From contig CAVRHW010000031.1 in NCBI GenBank assembly GCA_963721085.1, positions 65,782 through 129,781 on the forward strand: 64,000 nt of DNA, written 5' to 3'. Origin of the DNA: an uncultured Gammaproteobacteria bacterium. Its GTDB lineage: Bacteria; Pseudomonadota; Gammaproteobacteria; SZUA-229. Every line of letters begins with the position of its first letter. Positions within the stretch are counted from its first letter, which is position 1. Of this stretch, positions 52,138 through 62,800 are shown in pieces. The notes beneath the pieces are model-generated. The model was not told the DNA's origin, searched no databases, and was given only the letters and a program-made list of their open reading frames with translations. Both the position numbers and the translations under genes were made by a program.

Positions 52138-53225
52138 TTAATACTTGGGGTTTCTTAAATTCACGACACTGCTGACCATATAATAACGATGACCATCGTT
52201 ATATGTGATTGGGCCATGATTCGCCAGAGTAAACGTTTGCGCACCCAGCAGGAAGATCTCATGTCTTTTCTTCCCGAACGCATCAGCACCCAGATTTTGA
52301 CGCTGTGCAAACGGCTCCAGTCTGTTTGCATTCTTGGAGTTCGTAGCGCTGCTTGCAATAGAGCTGTCCCGCATCTACATATGTATTGACAGAACCATCC
52401 TGTAGGCGTCGGTGTCAATACCATACTGAAACTGCAGATCGGCGACACCGGAAAGTAGCATTTTGTCTTTCATCACCGGGCCCGGTGTCAGTTCGACTCG
52501 GTGCAATGATGGAACACCGGCAACGCCATCGGAATCATTGCTGACATAATACACGTTCGCATACCAGTCTGCGATTTTTGTTATCTTCTTTGTTTGCCAT
52601 CTGTATTTTTCCAGTAATTCAAACCGTCATAAGGCCCCGATCGTCGGGATCACGTTGCCTATAAACAGACCACCGACATCATAATTGCTTCTTATGTAAG
52701 TTACGTCTGCCGCTAACTAGATTGGTTGGGTACGACTCTATCGTGACGGATCGGCATAATGCACACCCAGAACATCAGTGTTAGCTCTGTAGTTATCGGT
52801 AGTGCAGGTGGTGGTCATAATGACTCAAATTATCAGATGCGCTTATCGGGTTTCGTCAAGATCGATATACCACGAAGTCGCGCAGTCCCCGGTGGCCAGG
52901 CTCAGCGCATCTGCGCCCGTACAATGTGCGCCTGTGTTGCCTGGATTGCTGTCTTTATGGTGCAGTCAATAGACGTGGTGACACTCGCCGCACCCCAGTA
53001 ACCGGCCTGGCGCAAATCATCACTAATAGTATTTATCACAAACCGCGCATCCGAAATCAGCTGCAACTGGTCTTCCGAGACGCGCTGGGTGTTACGCGTC
53101 GAAATATACAGACTCATCACACCACCGATGATAATCAGTCCGATCACCATGGCGAGCATCAGCTCAATCAGTGAAAAACCACGGCTGGACATATTGTATT
53201 TTGGTGTGCGCACAGAGTTCAGCAT
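52138..53225 (-). pseudogene. pilW: type IV pilus minor pilin PilW-like; multiple frame interruptions as assembled
   Basis: ORF 52902..53225 starts ...SSRGFSLIELMLAMVIGLIIIGGVMSLY (prepilin cleavage/methylation motif). ORF 52138..52374 supplies a plausible C-terminus. The 52375-52900 interior is only readable in shifting frames. Confidence 0.7.
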
Positions 53226-53235
53226 GACATACTCC

Positions 53236-53766
53236 TCACATATCCTGGGTGGTGGAATAAGTCATATTGATCGTCGCGTTCGGATCAGACGGATCACGCT
53301 CCTGCCAGTTAATGGTCACGGTCACCTGTTGCGGCCGCAACCGATGGTGATGCAGCGCCGGGAACCATCGTAATGGTTGCTGTAGTGGTGGACGGAAACA
53401 CGCTGAGGATGTCCTGCTTCCACAGGTACACATCTGACAGCGCCATCTTTGTGCCTGAAGGCAGGAACAGTGGCGCATGTGGACGGCACCCACCACATAT
53501 GTCCGCCGGCGCAGTAAGGCCGCCACCTGTGCCAGCACTATATAGCCCAGCAAGCCCGAGTGATTGGCACGCATACGCTCGAGGATTGCTTCGGCTTTTC
53601 ATCGTGGCCGCGGAGCGCAAAGTAGCAGTAGTAGCCTGCACGCAAGGAAATCGTCTGCAATGAAGCAATACCCAGCATGCCGACCGATAAAATCAAAAAG
53701 GCTACCAGCGCTTCAATCAGACTGAAGCCATGTTGCCTGATAAATGTTGGGGTAGGATGTTGTCAT
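53236..53766 (-). pseudogene. pilV: type IV pilus minor pilin PilV-like; at least 3 frame interruptions as assembled
   Basis: ATG 53766 (MTTSYP...), then a shift within the first 17 codons (C4 run), then QHGFSLIEALVAFLILSVGMLGIASLQTISLRAG. Further shifts lead into the frames of ORFs 53309..53668 and 53236..53574 (ending ...VTVTINWQERDPSD...). Confidence 0.7.
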
Positions 53767-53785
53767 ATCAGTACTCGGCTCGCTG

Positions 53786-54363
53786 TCATGGGCAGGAAAC
53801 AATCTTGGCTGCATCATGGGTTGATCGAACACTGCCGGCCGCATTTAGCTCGACACCACTGGCTACCGACAATACCACGCGCATCGCAAACACTGAATAC
53901 CCCTGCCTGAGAGTTACCGCCAGAATCCTTGGGAACACCGCGCGAAGTAAACGAAACACAACTAGTCAAACTTGCATCCTGCGGTGTAATCGAAACACCG
54001 TTGCCGTCAACCGCAGGATGGACTCTTACCAGAACATCGCGTCGGTGCCAAATGTGCATGCCGTCGGCAGGAAGCGCAGCGGGGTCTTTTGCAAATACAA
54101 TCCAGCCATCTGCCCAGGTGCACCCCGCATCGACACGCAGTACCGGTACTGCTCTTGCACACTGTGGCCCGCGAACCACGCCTGATAGCCTCAGCGCGCG
54201 CCAGATTCAGGGCCGTGACCAGATCATTGGTATTGCTCACCATCTGATTACTCTGAAAAAAGACCTTCAGCTGGGGCACACCCACCGTCAGCAGGATAGC
54301 CACCACGGCCAGCATGGTCATCAGTTCAATCAGGGTATAGCCAGTATTCTTTTTCATGCTCAT
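53786..54363 (-). pseudogene. GspH/FimT/FimU-family minor pilin; frame interrupted as assembled
   Basis: ORF 54007..54363 begins MSMKKNTGYTLIELMTMLAVVAILLTVGVPQL...LARAEAIRRG. It continues in ORF 53814..54179 (DAGCTWADGWIVFAKD...). The 3' end is either 53814 or 53786, depending on a further shift. Confidence 0.65.
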
Positions 54364-54617
54364 AATTTAAGTCCAGTAAATATATAGAGCCAGCGGCACT
54401 GGGATGGATAGAGCGATATAACAGACAGGCGGTCAATATTTACACATTAAAATGCCTTGCCTGCTTTTTTCTGATGAAAAACTGACACATATCCAGAATT
54501 TCAACACCCCCGCCCAGACGCAAATGTATCAAATTCAGGCAGCTGTACAATTCATTCAGGATTACTGGTAGCATTGCGCCGATCAGGTATTTTAATGAAC
54601 CCTAATATAGGAACCCC

Positions 54618-55166
54618 ATGAATCTCGACAAAGTACAGCCCGGAGACAAAGCGCCGGACGAGATCAACGTCATCATCGAAATCCCGGCGCACAGCGACCC
54701 GGTCAAATACGAGGTTGATAAAGCCACCGGCGCCATGTTTGTCGATCGCTTTATGAGCACCGCGATGCACTATCCCTGTAATTACGGCTATGTGCCCCAT
54801 ACCTTGTCGATGGATGGCGACCCGGTCGATGTACTCGTGGTCACGCCGGTGCCTCTGATTACTGGCTCGGTGATCGTCTGCCGACCCGCAGGCGTGCTAA
54901 AAATGACCGACGAATCCGGTGATGACGCCAAGGTCCTTGCCGTACCCATCGATAAATTGTGCAAATCCTACCGCCATGCCAAAGATATCGGTGATATGCC
55001 GCCGATGCTGCTGGAGCAGATCGCTCACTTTTTCGAGCATTACAAAGATCTGGACGAAGGCAAATGGGTGCGGGTCGAAGGCTGGGGCGGTGTCGAGGAC
55101 GCCAGGGCCGAGATCCTGGCCAGCATCGAGCTCTACAAACAGGCGCCGGTGAAGCCGCTGTTCTAA
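54618..55166 (+). CDS. ppa: inorganic pyrophosphatase
   Basis: 182 aa. [20 protein letters not shown]...[19 protein letters not shown]. Confidence 0.95.
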   Translation: MNLDKVQPGDKAPDEINVIIEIPAHSDPVKYEVDKATGAMFVDRFMSTAMHYPCNYGYVPHTLSMDGDPVDVLVVTPVPLITGSVIVCRPAGVLKMTDESGDDAKVLAVPIDKLCKSYRHAKDIGDMPPMLLEQIAHFFEHYKDLDEGKWVRVEGWGGVEDARAEILASIELYKQAPVKPLF

Positions 55167-55176
55167 ACCGAAAGAA

Positions 55177-55252
55177 TGGTGCCGGAAATAGGAATCGAAC
55201 CTACGACCTTCTCATTACGAATGAGCTGCTCTACCAACTGAGCTATTCCGGC
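55177..55252 (-). tRNA. tRNA-Thr (anticodon CGT)
   Basis: The reverse complement GCCGGAATAGCTCAGTTGGTAGAGCAGCTCATTCGTAATGAGAAGGTCGTAGGTTCGATTCCTATTTCCGGCACCA is a 76-nt cloverleaf with anticodon loop TCGTAAT. Confidence 0.9.
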
Positions 55253-55319
55253 AGTTGTGCAAATAATTGAACGGATTTAACACTCGCTTACTGCGCGGCG
55301 CAGTATATCAAACCTGCGC

Positions 55320-56408
55320 TCAGTGGGCTGCGCTCATACTGTAGTCACTGGCATCACAAAATGTTTTTTTCCCGAGCACGATTTCTGTGAGCAGCTGCGC
55401 CGAGGCCGGGCCGAGCACGATGCCGTTGCGATAATGCCCGGCATGGACGTACAGGCCTTCAATTTCATCGTGCGTACAGATATAAGGTATCCCGTTTAAA
55501 GTGCCCGGCCTGAGTCCGGCCCATTGACGCTCGATCGGCAGTTCTGCAAGCAGCGGCACCAGTGCGGCAGCATCTGCGCTGAGGGTCTCCGTCGCTTCAT
55601 CCGTAATCTGTTTTTCAAAGCCGGTTTTCTCGAGGGTGCTGCCCGCCAGCACCCGGCCGTCACGGCGCGGAATAATATAGTGTCCCTGTGATAACACCAT
55701 GGTCCGTACTCGATCAGGTTCGCCACGAAACATGAGCATCTGACCCTTCACTGGCTCAATATTTATATCACCGAGACCCTGCATCACGCGTGCGCTCCAG
55801 GCACCGCTGGCCACGATCACCCTGCCGGCCAGCAGGTCCCGCTCAGCGGTGCGCACCCCGGTAACTTTTCCGCCCGAACACAAGATATCCTGGACTTCGG
55901 TATGCTCGATACAGCGCAGACCTCGGGTCTGTAAACTGCCGCGTAGCGCCTGTACCAGTTTTGGGTTTCGAATCTGGCGGATATCGGGCATCCAGATCGC
56001 GCGTTCGATATCCGGATGCAGGGCGGGTTCTATGTCCTGCAGTGTCTGCCGGTCGGTAACCAGCTCCAGCCTTTGGTCCCATTTCTGTGCCCAGGCACGC
56101 GCCACTTCGAGTTCTTCGATATCGGTATAGAGCATACCGCTACTAAGCAGCTCACAATCGATTCCACTTTCGGCCTGAAGCTCTGCCGCAAGCCCTGGAT
56201 AAAGCGTTTTGCTTTGTTCCGCGAGTTGGTTGACTGCGTCGCTATAACGCCAGGGATACAGGGGTGAAATAATACCGCCACCTGCCCAGGAAGATTCGCC
56301 ACCAAGACTGCCGCGCTCGACCAGCAGCACATCCAGGCCGGCATGGTGTAAGGAACGGGCTGTGAGCAGACCGATAACGCCACCGCCAATCACTATGCAA
56401 TCGGCCAC
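55320..56408 (-). CDS. thiO: FAD-dependent glycine oxidase ThiO
   Basis: 362 aa, GTG start. CIVIGGGVIGLLTA dinucleotide fold, DAO-family pattern, and a thiamine-gene neighbourhood (thiS-thiG nearby). Confidence 0.75.
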   Translation of the reverse strand: MADCIVIGGGVIGLLTARSLHHAGLDVLLVERGSLGGESSWAGGGIISPLYPWRYSDAVNQLAEQSKTLYPGLAAELQAESGIDCELLSSGMLYTDIEELEVARAWAQKWDQRLELVTDRQTLQDIEPALHPDIERAIWMPDIRQIRNPKLVQALRGSLQTRGLRCIEHTEVQDILCSGGKVTGVRTAERDLLAGRVIVASGAWSARVMQGLGDINIEPVKGQMLMFRGEPDRVRTMVLSQGHYIIPRRDGRVLAGSTLEKTGFEKQITDEATETLSADAAALVPLLAELPIERQWAGLRPGTLNGIPYICTHDEIEGLYVHAGHYRNGIVLGPASAQLLTEIVLGKKTFCDASDYSMSAAH

Positions 56409-56461
56409 GTTATCGCTTTAAAAAAAGAGAACAGAGATATGCTGACAGAACCGTCAGCCTG

Positions 56462-56493
56462 AAAAAAACTTGCCCACACATAGTGCAGGCAAG
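56462..56493 (-). terminator. candidate rho-independent terminator after the 56531..57556 gene
   Basis: The minus strand reads CTTGCC-(13 nt loop)-GGCAAG followed by TTTTTTT. Confidence 0.5.
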
Positions 56494-56530
56494 TTTACGT
56501 TAGCAGCAAAGTCCGGGGCAAGTTATCTAG

Positions 56531-57556
56531 TCATTTGCATGCACTGGGCATGGCTTTGATATTAGCTGGCGCCTGATCGATATATTTCTCGCAATAACAG
56601 CGGTTCTCGCCTCTGCCCCACGCACTTTTGCACATGGCCAGCATTTTGCTTTCGATCTCCTTTTTCAACTCCTGTTGCTTGAGCTTGCTGGCAGCGATGG
56701 CAGCAGCTTCCCGTTGTTGCTGTAATTCAAGTTTGTGACGCGCTTCTTCTTCTTTTTTCTTTTTCTCTATTTCTGCTTTTCGTTTTTTTTCTTTTTCAGC
56801 TTCGCGTGTTTTTCGAACCTGACTAACCTGCTCTTCCATGGCTGTATGTGCGCGGCCCTCGTCAACTACCGAATTGCATGGGTATTGAACTGGTTTTATA
56901 GTTTCAAAGCCTGGTGGCGGTTTCACAGTACAAATACTGGTTGCCGCCGTTGATTTAGATGGCTTTGCCTCAGCTTTTGCTGGTGTCCGTTCAGGCATGA
57001 CTCGGGCAACCATGCTCGAAAAATCAGCGAGCGAAAGATTGACAATGTTAGTGGTTCTGAATGGCTTAAGAACAAAAGACAGTGTTTTTCCTTTTTTCAA
57101 CGCATCTAATGTGTTCCGATTCAAGGTCATGGTAAACAGACCATTTTCACCTCGATTTTCACATATATTCTTTTCAACGGTCAGGCCCTGCTGAAGAAAA
57201 CGACTCTGCTTTTCCTGGTGGTCCAGACACCACTGGAACAGCGGTATGCGCTGGCCATCAATCTTTACATCGTTGACTGCGAACTGTTCAAAATGCCTGG
57301 CGCTTTCGGGAGTATTGGCTTTGTCACCACTGAGCTTCAAACTCAGTAACTTGCCGTCAAACATCAAATGATAATAAGTATCAGAATCAAGCGAATCCCG
57401 TGCTGTCTTGACCGCAGTATCATTTTTATATTGCCACGAGACATTTGCACCAATAGTGGTTTCCACTGATCTGTTGAACGGATTTGCGCCGCCTGCCGCG
57501 AGCGCTTGTGTTGAAATCAGCAACAGGCTGAATAATAAAATTTTGGTCTTATGCAT
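56531..57556 (-). CDS. secreted hypothetical protein with K/E-rich coiled-coil and Cys-rich C-terminus
   Basis: 341 aa. Signal peptide MHKTKILLFSLLLISTQALA. C-terminal REAEKEKKRKAEIEKKKKEEEARHKLELQQQRE...CKSAWGRGENRCYCEKY...SACK. I recognise no family. Confidence 0.6.
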   Translation of the reverse strand: MHKTKILLFSLLLISTQALAAGGANPFNRSVETTIGANVSWQYKNDTAVKTARDSLDSDTYYHLMFDGKLLSLKLSGDKANTPESARHFEQFAVNDVKIDGQRIPLFQWCLDHQEKQSRFLQQGLTVEKNICENRGENGLFTMTLNRNTLDALKKGKTLSFVLKPFRTTNIVNLSLADFSSMVARVMPERTPAKAEAKPSKSTAATSICTVKPPPGFETIKPVQYPCNSVVDEGRAHTAMEEQVSQVRKTREAEKEKKRKAEIEKKKKEEEARHKLELQQQREAAAIAASKLKQQELKKEIESKMLAMCKSAWGRGENRCYCEKYIDQAPANIKAMPSACK

Positions 57557-57734
57557 AATCCAGAATGTGTCTGTAGAGTGTTTATATAAAAATCGCGCAC
57601 CGAAGCACTGCTGTTCGCCGCGCGATTACATAATTTAAGGTATAGCACAAGATTTGTGCTTTACCCTGTGCAAAGCGCCGAGATAACCTGCACAAACCAA
57701 ACTTGTGTTCGTGATTGCGGTAAAATCTGCCCCC

Positions 57735-57935
57735 ATGAAGATCATTATCAACGGCGAACCACGCGAACTCGAGTCCAGCACCAGCCTTGAACAGCTGGTA
57801 CAACTTCTTGATTTACAAGAAAAACGCCTGGCGATCGAGGTTAACCAGGCAATCGTGCCACGCAGCCAGTTCGCCAGCTTTCAGCTGTCTGAGCACGATC
57901 GGGTGGAAATCGTCCACGCTATCGGCGGCGGCTGA
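57735..57935 (+). CDS. thiS: sulfur carrier protein ThiS
   Basis: Frame of ORF 57705..57935. ATG 57735. 66 aa: MKIIINGEPREL...VEIVHAIGGG (C-terminal GG). Confidence 0.9.
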   Translation: MKIIINGEPRELESSTSLEQLVQLLDLQEKRLAIEVNQAIVPRSQFASFQLSEHDRVEIVHAIGGG

Positions 57936-57969
57936 TGCTTTCTCTCACACTTTTAAATGAGTAAAAACG

Positions 57970-58791
57970 ATGGCGAATCTAGCAGAGCCCATAAATGACA
58001 TCACCACAAACACCGACGATACCCTGATTATCGCCGACAAAGCGTATCGTTCGCGCCTGCTGGTGGGCAGTGGCAAGTATAAAGACCTGGAAGAAACCCG
58101 GCTCGCCACTGAAGCCAGTGGTGCTGAAATCATCACCGTCGCTATCCGTCGTACCAATATCGGACAGGATCCAAATGAACCCAGCCTGCTGGACGTGATA
58201 TCCACCGATAAATATACCCTGCTGCCCAACACCGCCGGCTGCTACACCGCAGAGGACGCGGTGCGTACCTGCCGACTGGCGCGCGAGCTGCTCGACGGCC
58301 ACGACCTGGTCAAACTCGAAGTACTGGGGGATGAAAAAACCCTGTTCCCGGATGTCACCGCGACACTGGACGCCGCCAGAACCCTGGTCAAGGATGGTTT
58401 CAAGGTCATGGTTTACACCAATGATGACCCGCTGATCGCAAAGCGCCTGGAAGAACTGGGCTGTGTTGCGGTAATGCCGCTGGCGGCGCCCATCGGCTCG
58501 GGCCTGGGGATTCGTAATCCCTACAATATTCTCACCATAGTGGAAAATGCCAGGGTGCCTATTCTGGTCGATGCCGGTGTCGGCACCGCCTCGGATGCGG
58601 CGATCGCGATGGAGCTCGGCTGCGACGGCATATTGATGAACACCGCCATCGCTGCTGCGCGCAACCCGGTGCTGATGGCCTCGGCGATGAAAAAAGCCGT
58701 GCAGGCCGGGCGCGAAGCGTTTCTGGCCGGGCGCATGCCGCGCAAGCGCTTTGCTTCGGCATCCTCACCCATCGACGGCACATTCTTTTAA
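57970..58791 (+). CDS. thiG: thiazole synthase ThiG
   Basis: 273 aa. [14 protein letters not shown]...KLEVLGD...[13 protein letters not shown]...[12 protein letters not shown]. Confidence 0.95.
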   Translation: MANLAEPINDITTNTDDTLIIADKAYRSRLLVGSGKYKDLEETRLATEASGAEIITVAIRRTNIGQDPNEPSLLDVISTDKYTLLPNTAGCYTAEDAVRTCRLARELLDGHDLVKLEVLGDEKTLFPDVTATLDAARTLVKDGFKVMVYTNDDPLIAKRLEELGCVAVMPLAAPIGSGLGIRNPYNILTIVENARVPILVDAGVGTASDAAIAMELGCDGILMNTAIAAARNPVLMASAMKKAVQAGREAFLAGRMPRKRFASASSPIDGTFF

Positions 58792-58933
58792 CAGGCCGCT
58801 GAGCTAGCACAATACGGCGTTAACCATGGCCTCAAAATACTCATTGACTGCGTGTAGACTCCGTTTTTTCGGCCACGGTTGCCTTGTCTTGCACTCATCT
58901 GAATTAGCTCAGCGACCTGTTAGATAAGCGAGT

Positions 58934-59611
58934 ATGGAAATCCGCCGCACCATCCGCAGCTATGTGCTGCGCCAGGGCCGTCTCACGCCCGGCCAGAAAC
59001 TGGCGCTGGAACAGCGCTGGGCCGACTATGGAATCGATTACGCTAATGCACCGCTCGATCTGGCGGCGATATTCGGCCGTAGCGCGCCGCTGACCCTGGA
59101 AATCGGTTTCGGTGATGGCGACTCTTTGCTGCAACAGGCCATACAGCATCCCGAGCGCAACTTTCTGGGTATCGAAGTTCACCGGCCCGGCGTTGGCCGC
59201 CTGCTCAGCCGTTGCCACGAAGCCGGATTACGCAATCTACGCGTGTTCAATCACGATGCAGTCGAGGTGCTCAAAAATCAGATACCGGACCAGAGCCTGG
59301 ACTGTATGCAGCTGTTTTTTCCTGATCCCTGGCACAAAAAACGGCACCATAAACGGCGCATTGTGCAACCCGAGTTCGCCGCTCTGGTCCTGCGCAAACT
59401 CAGGCCGGGCGGCGTCTTCCACCTGGCCACCGACTGGCAGGCGTATGCCGAACACATGCTCACAGTTATGGAGTCCAGTCCGGGTTTTGTCAACGAGGCC
59501 GGCGCCGGCCAGTACAGCCGTAATGAAGGACTGCGCCCACTGACCAAATTCGAGCAGCGCGGTCTGCGCCTCGGCCATGGTGTGTACGATTTACGTTATA
59601 TCAGGAGCTGA
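58934..59611 (+). CDS. trmB: tRNA (guanine-N7)-methyltransferase
   Basis: 225 aa. [15 protein letters not shown]...[11 protein letters not shown]...[15 protein letters not shown]. Confidence 0.9.
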   Translation: MEIRRTIRSYVLRQGRLTPGQKLALEQRWADYGIDYANAPLDLAAIFGRSAPLTLEIGFGDGDSLLQQAIQHPERNFLGIEVHRPGVGRLLSRCHEAGLRNLRVFNHDAVEVLKNQIPDQSLDCMQLFFPDPWHKKRHHKRRIVQPEFAALVLRKLRPGGVFHLATDWQAYAEHMLTVMESSPGFVNEAGAGQYSRNEGLRPLTKFEQRGLRLGHGVYDLRYIRS

Positions 59612-59793
59612 ACACCTCAAAGTGCGCCCCATCAAGCCTATGAGCAGCGACAGGCAGCTGAAGATGACTGCATCGAGGCAAAAAAACCGTTAGAATGGCG
59701 CACTTTTTCGGGCGAGCACGCGCCCCGGGCTAGCACTGGCTCCTCGCCATCGCCGCCAAAACCAGATTTTTTACAAGTTTCAGGAGAACACTT

Positions 59794-60679
59794 ATGTCTA
59801 ACAAACACCCAGTGGTAGCGGTTACCGGCTCATCCGGCGCAGGCACATCTACCGTCAAGCACGCCTTCGAGATGATTTTTGAGCGTGAAAAAATCAATCC
59901 GGTCATTATTGAGGGCGACAGCTTCCACCGCTATGATCGCGCAGCCATGAAAACTGCCATGGCCGATGCCGAGAAGAACGGCAACCGCCATTTCAGTCAT
60001 TTTGGCCCTGAAGCCAACCTGTTCGACAAGCTCGCCGAGCTGTTCAAAAGCTATGGCGAATCCGGTACCGGTAAAAGACGTCTCTACCTGCACAGCGATG
60101 AAGAAGCCAAACCCTATGCACCGCTGACTGCAGGCCAGTTCACGCCGTGGGAAGATATTCCGACCAACACCGACCTGATGTTTTACGAAGGTCTGCACGG
60201 CGGCGTGGTCACCGATGATGCTGACGTTGCCGGTCAGGTTGATTTGCTGGTGGGCGTTGTACCCAGCGTCAACCTCGAGTGGATCCAGAAAATTCATCGT
60301 GATAATGCACAGCGCGGTTACTCTGCTGAAGTCATCGTCGACACCATCTTGCGCCGCATGGATGACTATGTACACTACATTACACCGCAGTTCTCGCGTA
60401 CCGATATCAACTTCCAGCGCATTGCCACAGTCGATACATCGAATCCATTCATCGCACGCGATATCCCGACACCGGATGAAAGCCTGGTTGTGATTCGCTT
60501 CAGCGATCCCAAAAAATTCAATACCGACTTCCCGAATTTGCTCAACATGATTCCACATTCATTCATGTCTCAGACGTAATACCATTGTTGTTCCCGGTGG
60601 CAAAATGGGCATGGCGATGGAAATTATTCTGACCCCCATCATTCATGACATGATTGAAAAAGCAAAAAAAGCGCGTTAA
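59794..60679 (+). pseudogene. prk: phosphoribulokinase; C-terminal ~35 aa in another frame as assembled
   Basis: ORF 59794..60579 (P-loop VTGSSGAGTST...IEGDSFHRYDR) stops at ...SFMSQT. My translation of the next frame gives RRNTIVVPGGKMGMAMEIILTPIIHDMIEKAKKAR-stop (60677-60679), the expected PRK C-terminus. The shift lies at about 60565-60575. Confidence 0.9.
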
Positions 60680-60693
60680 TCAGTCCTGATTTC

Positions 60694-60727
60694 ACAAAAA
60701 AAGCCGGTCTATACCGGCTTTTTTTGT
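60694..60727 (+). terminator. rho-independent terminator after prk
   Basis: AAAAAAAGCCGGT-CTAT-ACCGGCTTTTTTTG. Confidence 0.8.
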
Positions 60728-60783
60728 GTCTGTAATTTCAATGTCGGGTCGTAGTACACTGTGTCTCCGACACGGGGGACATT

Positions 60784-61900
60784 ATGAAAAGTTTCTTCAG
60801 CATAAGTTGCCAGCATTCGACAGCGCAGGCTGTTATCGACGACTGCGTACAACAACTTAAAGACATGCCCGAGGACGCTAATTTCGGATTTATCTACGCC
60901 ACGGATACGATGTCACCGGATTACAAAAACCTGCTTGAAGCTTGCAAAGATCACACTGGCATAAAACACTGGGTCGGCACACTGGGTGCCGGCATCATTT
61001 CCAGACGGCAGGGAATACTACGACACGCCCGCAGTCAGTATTATGCTGGCGAACTTTGATCAACGGGATTTCGCCATGTTGCCATTGATCAGCCAGCCTG
61101 ATGAGATTGCAGTCAACATTGCTACTCCGCGCGAGTTCGCTACCAGCCTGGGCATTGTGCACGGCGATCCGTATAATCCGGAAACACAGAACATGGTTCA
61201 AACTCTGCAGCAAGAAATCAAAAACAGCTTTCTTGTAGGCGGATTGACCTCATCGCGCAATGAGCAACTTCAAATAGCAGACAATGTATACAGCGGGGGA
61301 ATTTCCGGCGTTCTATTTTCAGAAAACGTCAGCGTACTGTCTAATCTAACTCAGGGCTGCAGCCCTGTTTCTGACAAACGAAAAATCACCCGCGCCCAGG
61401 ACAATGTAATATTTGGCCTCGACCACAAACCCGCGCTCGACGTACTGATGAATAACATGAAACTAAAAACACATGAAGACCTGCAAAATGATGCTCACAA
61501 TGTGCTCACCGGCCTGTGTATACCCGGTAGTGATAAAAGTGACTACACGGTGCGCAATCTGATTGGTGTTGACTTTGAACACAAAGCATTTGCGATTAAC
61601 GACTACATAAAGGAAGGCGATGACATTTTATTTTGCCGCCGCGATAGCCAGACAGCCGTTGACGACATGAAGCAAATGTTAGACAACATGGCCAAACGTT
61701 TGCACAACACACCTAAAGGTGGAATCTATATTTCATGCGTTGGTCGCGGTCGCGAGCAGTTCGGCAACAATTCTGAAGAGGTCAAATTAATTCATGAGAA
61801 GCTGGGGGATTTCCCCCTGACCGGCTTTTTTGCAAACGGAGAAATACACCATGATCGGCTGTACGGCTACACCGGCGTGCTAACCGTGTTCACTCAATAA
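60784..61900 (+). pseudogene. FIST N/C-domain sensory protein; frame interrupted once as assembled
   Basis: ORF 60784..61059 (…FGFIYATDTMSPDY…HWVGTLGAGII) continues in ORF 60986..61900 (…GREYYDTPAVSIMLANF … ISCVGRGREQFG…LTGFFANGEI). The shift lies at about 60990-61010. Confidence 0.7.
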
Positions 61901-61910
61901 ACCAGAACAC

Positions 61911-62663
61911 ATGATAGACGCGCACTGCCATCTCGATTTTGAAGCGTTTGATGACGACCGCGAAGCCGTAATCAAACGCGCCGAAGCAGCCGGTATAGAA
62001 CATATCATTATTCCTGGCGTAAAGTCCGAACACTGGGGCCGCATCACAAAACTGTGCGAGCGATCTAATCTCCACGCATGCTATGGCCTGCATCCTTATT
62101 ATGTAGATCTGCACAGCAATGCGGACTTGTCAAAACTTGAACAGCAGCTTTCGGCACAGGATTGCGTGGCACTGGGCGAATGCGGACTTGATTATCGTGA
62201 TGGCCAGCCAGAAAAACAGTTGCAACTTAAATTCTTCAAAGCACAGCTGGATATCGCAAACAATCACAACAAGCCTGTAGTGATTCATTCTGTTCGCGCA
62301 ACAGAAGATGTGATTCGTTTATTAAAAGAATATCCAGAACTCACCGGCATGATACACAGCTATTCGGGCAGTGCAGAGCAGGCAAAACAGCTGATCAACA
62401 TGGGTTTTTATATTAGCCTGGGCGGCAGTATCACCTATCCGCAGGCAACTAAAACACGCAAAGCGGCCGCGCAGATCGATCTCAGCCACCTGTTGATAGA
62501 AACAGACTCGCCTGACCAGCCAGATGCATTGCACAAAAACGAACGAAACGAACCGGCTTTTCTCAGTAACGTGCTGCACTGCCTCACAGAACTGCGTACC
62601 GAATCTGCTGATGAAATCGCAGCGCAGACTACTAAAAATGCCCGACGCTTATTTAATATCTGA
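61911..62663 (+). CDS. TatD-family metal-dependent hydrolase
   Basis: 250 aa. MIDAHCHLDF...GECGLDY...PVVIHSVRA...ETDSPD. Confidence 0.9.
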   Translation: MIDAHCHLDFEAFDDDREAVIKRAEAAGIEHIIIPGVKSEHWGRITKLCERSNLHACYGLHPYYVDLHSNADLSKLEQQLSAQDCVALGECGLDYRDGQPEKQLQLKFFKAQLDIANNHNKPVVIHSVRATEDVIRLLKEYPELTGMIHSYSGSAEQAKQLINMGFYISLGGSITYPQATKTRKAAAQIDLSHLLIETDSPDQPDALHKNERNEPAFLSNVLHCLTELRTESADEIAAQTTKNARRLFNI

Positions 62664-62676
62664 TGAACGTGTAAAG

Positions 62677-62785
62677 CATCAGTCCGCTAATGAACGCGAA
62701 TGTTTTCCTGTGCGCCTGCGGCGCACAGGTGTGTAGAATATTTTGTTTATATTTGCGTGCATTTGCGTTCATTAGCGGACTGATG
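62677..62785. repeat. palindromic intergenic element, family B copy 2 (26-bp inverted arms with an inner 10-bp-stem hairpin)
   Basis: CATCAGTCCGCTAATGAACGCGAATG (62677-62702) faces CATTTGCGTTCATTAGCGGACTGATG (62760-62785) with one mismatch. An inner hairpin CCTGTGCGCC-TGC-GGCGCACAGG lies at 62707-62729. The element sits between convergent tatD and plsC. Confidence 0.75.
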
Positions 62786-62800
62786 TAGTGCTTTGCTTTT

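Noticed and set aside
55177-55252. tRNA-Thr (and tRNA-Pro at 34814-34890) as possible genomic-island integration sites next to the pilus cluster
   Set aside because: There is no integrase, no direct repeat of the tRNA 3' end, and no phage or transposase genes nearby. The pil operon is in the same place as I recall in Pseudomonas, so it is ancestral.
57560-57734. Possible TPP (THI-box) riboswitch upstream of thiS-thiG; also looked upstream of thiO at 56409-56530
   Set aside because: I could not find the conserved CUGAGA ... ACCUGAUCUGGAUAAUGCCAGCG core. Only a weak resemblance (CCGAGATAACCTGC) is present. A covariance-model scan would settle this.
59830-60558. 242-aa ORF on the minus strand
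   Set aside because: It lies antisense to phosphoribulokinase and has no recognisable motifs.
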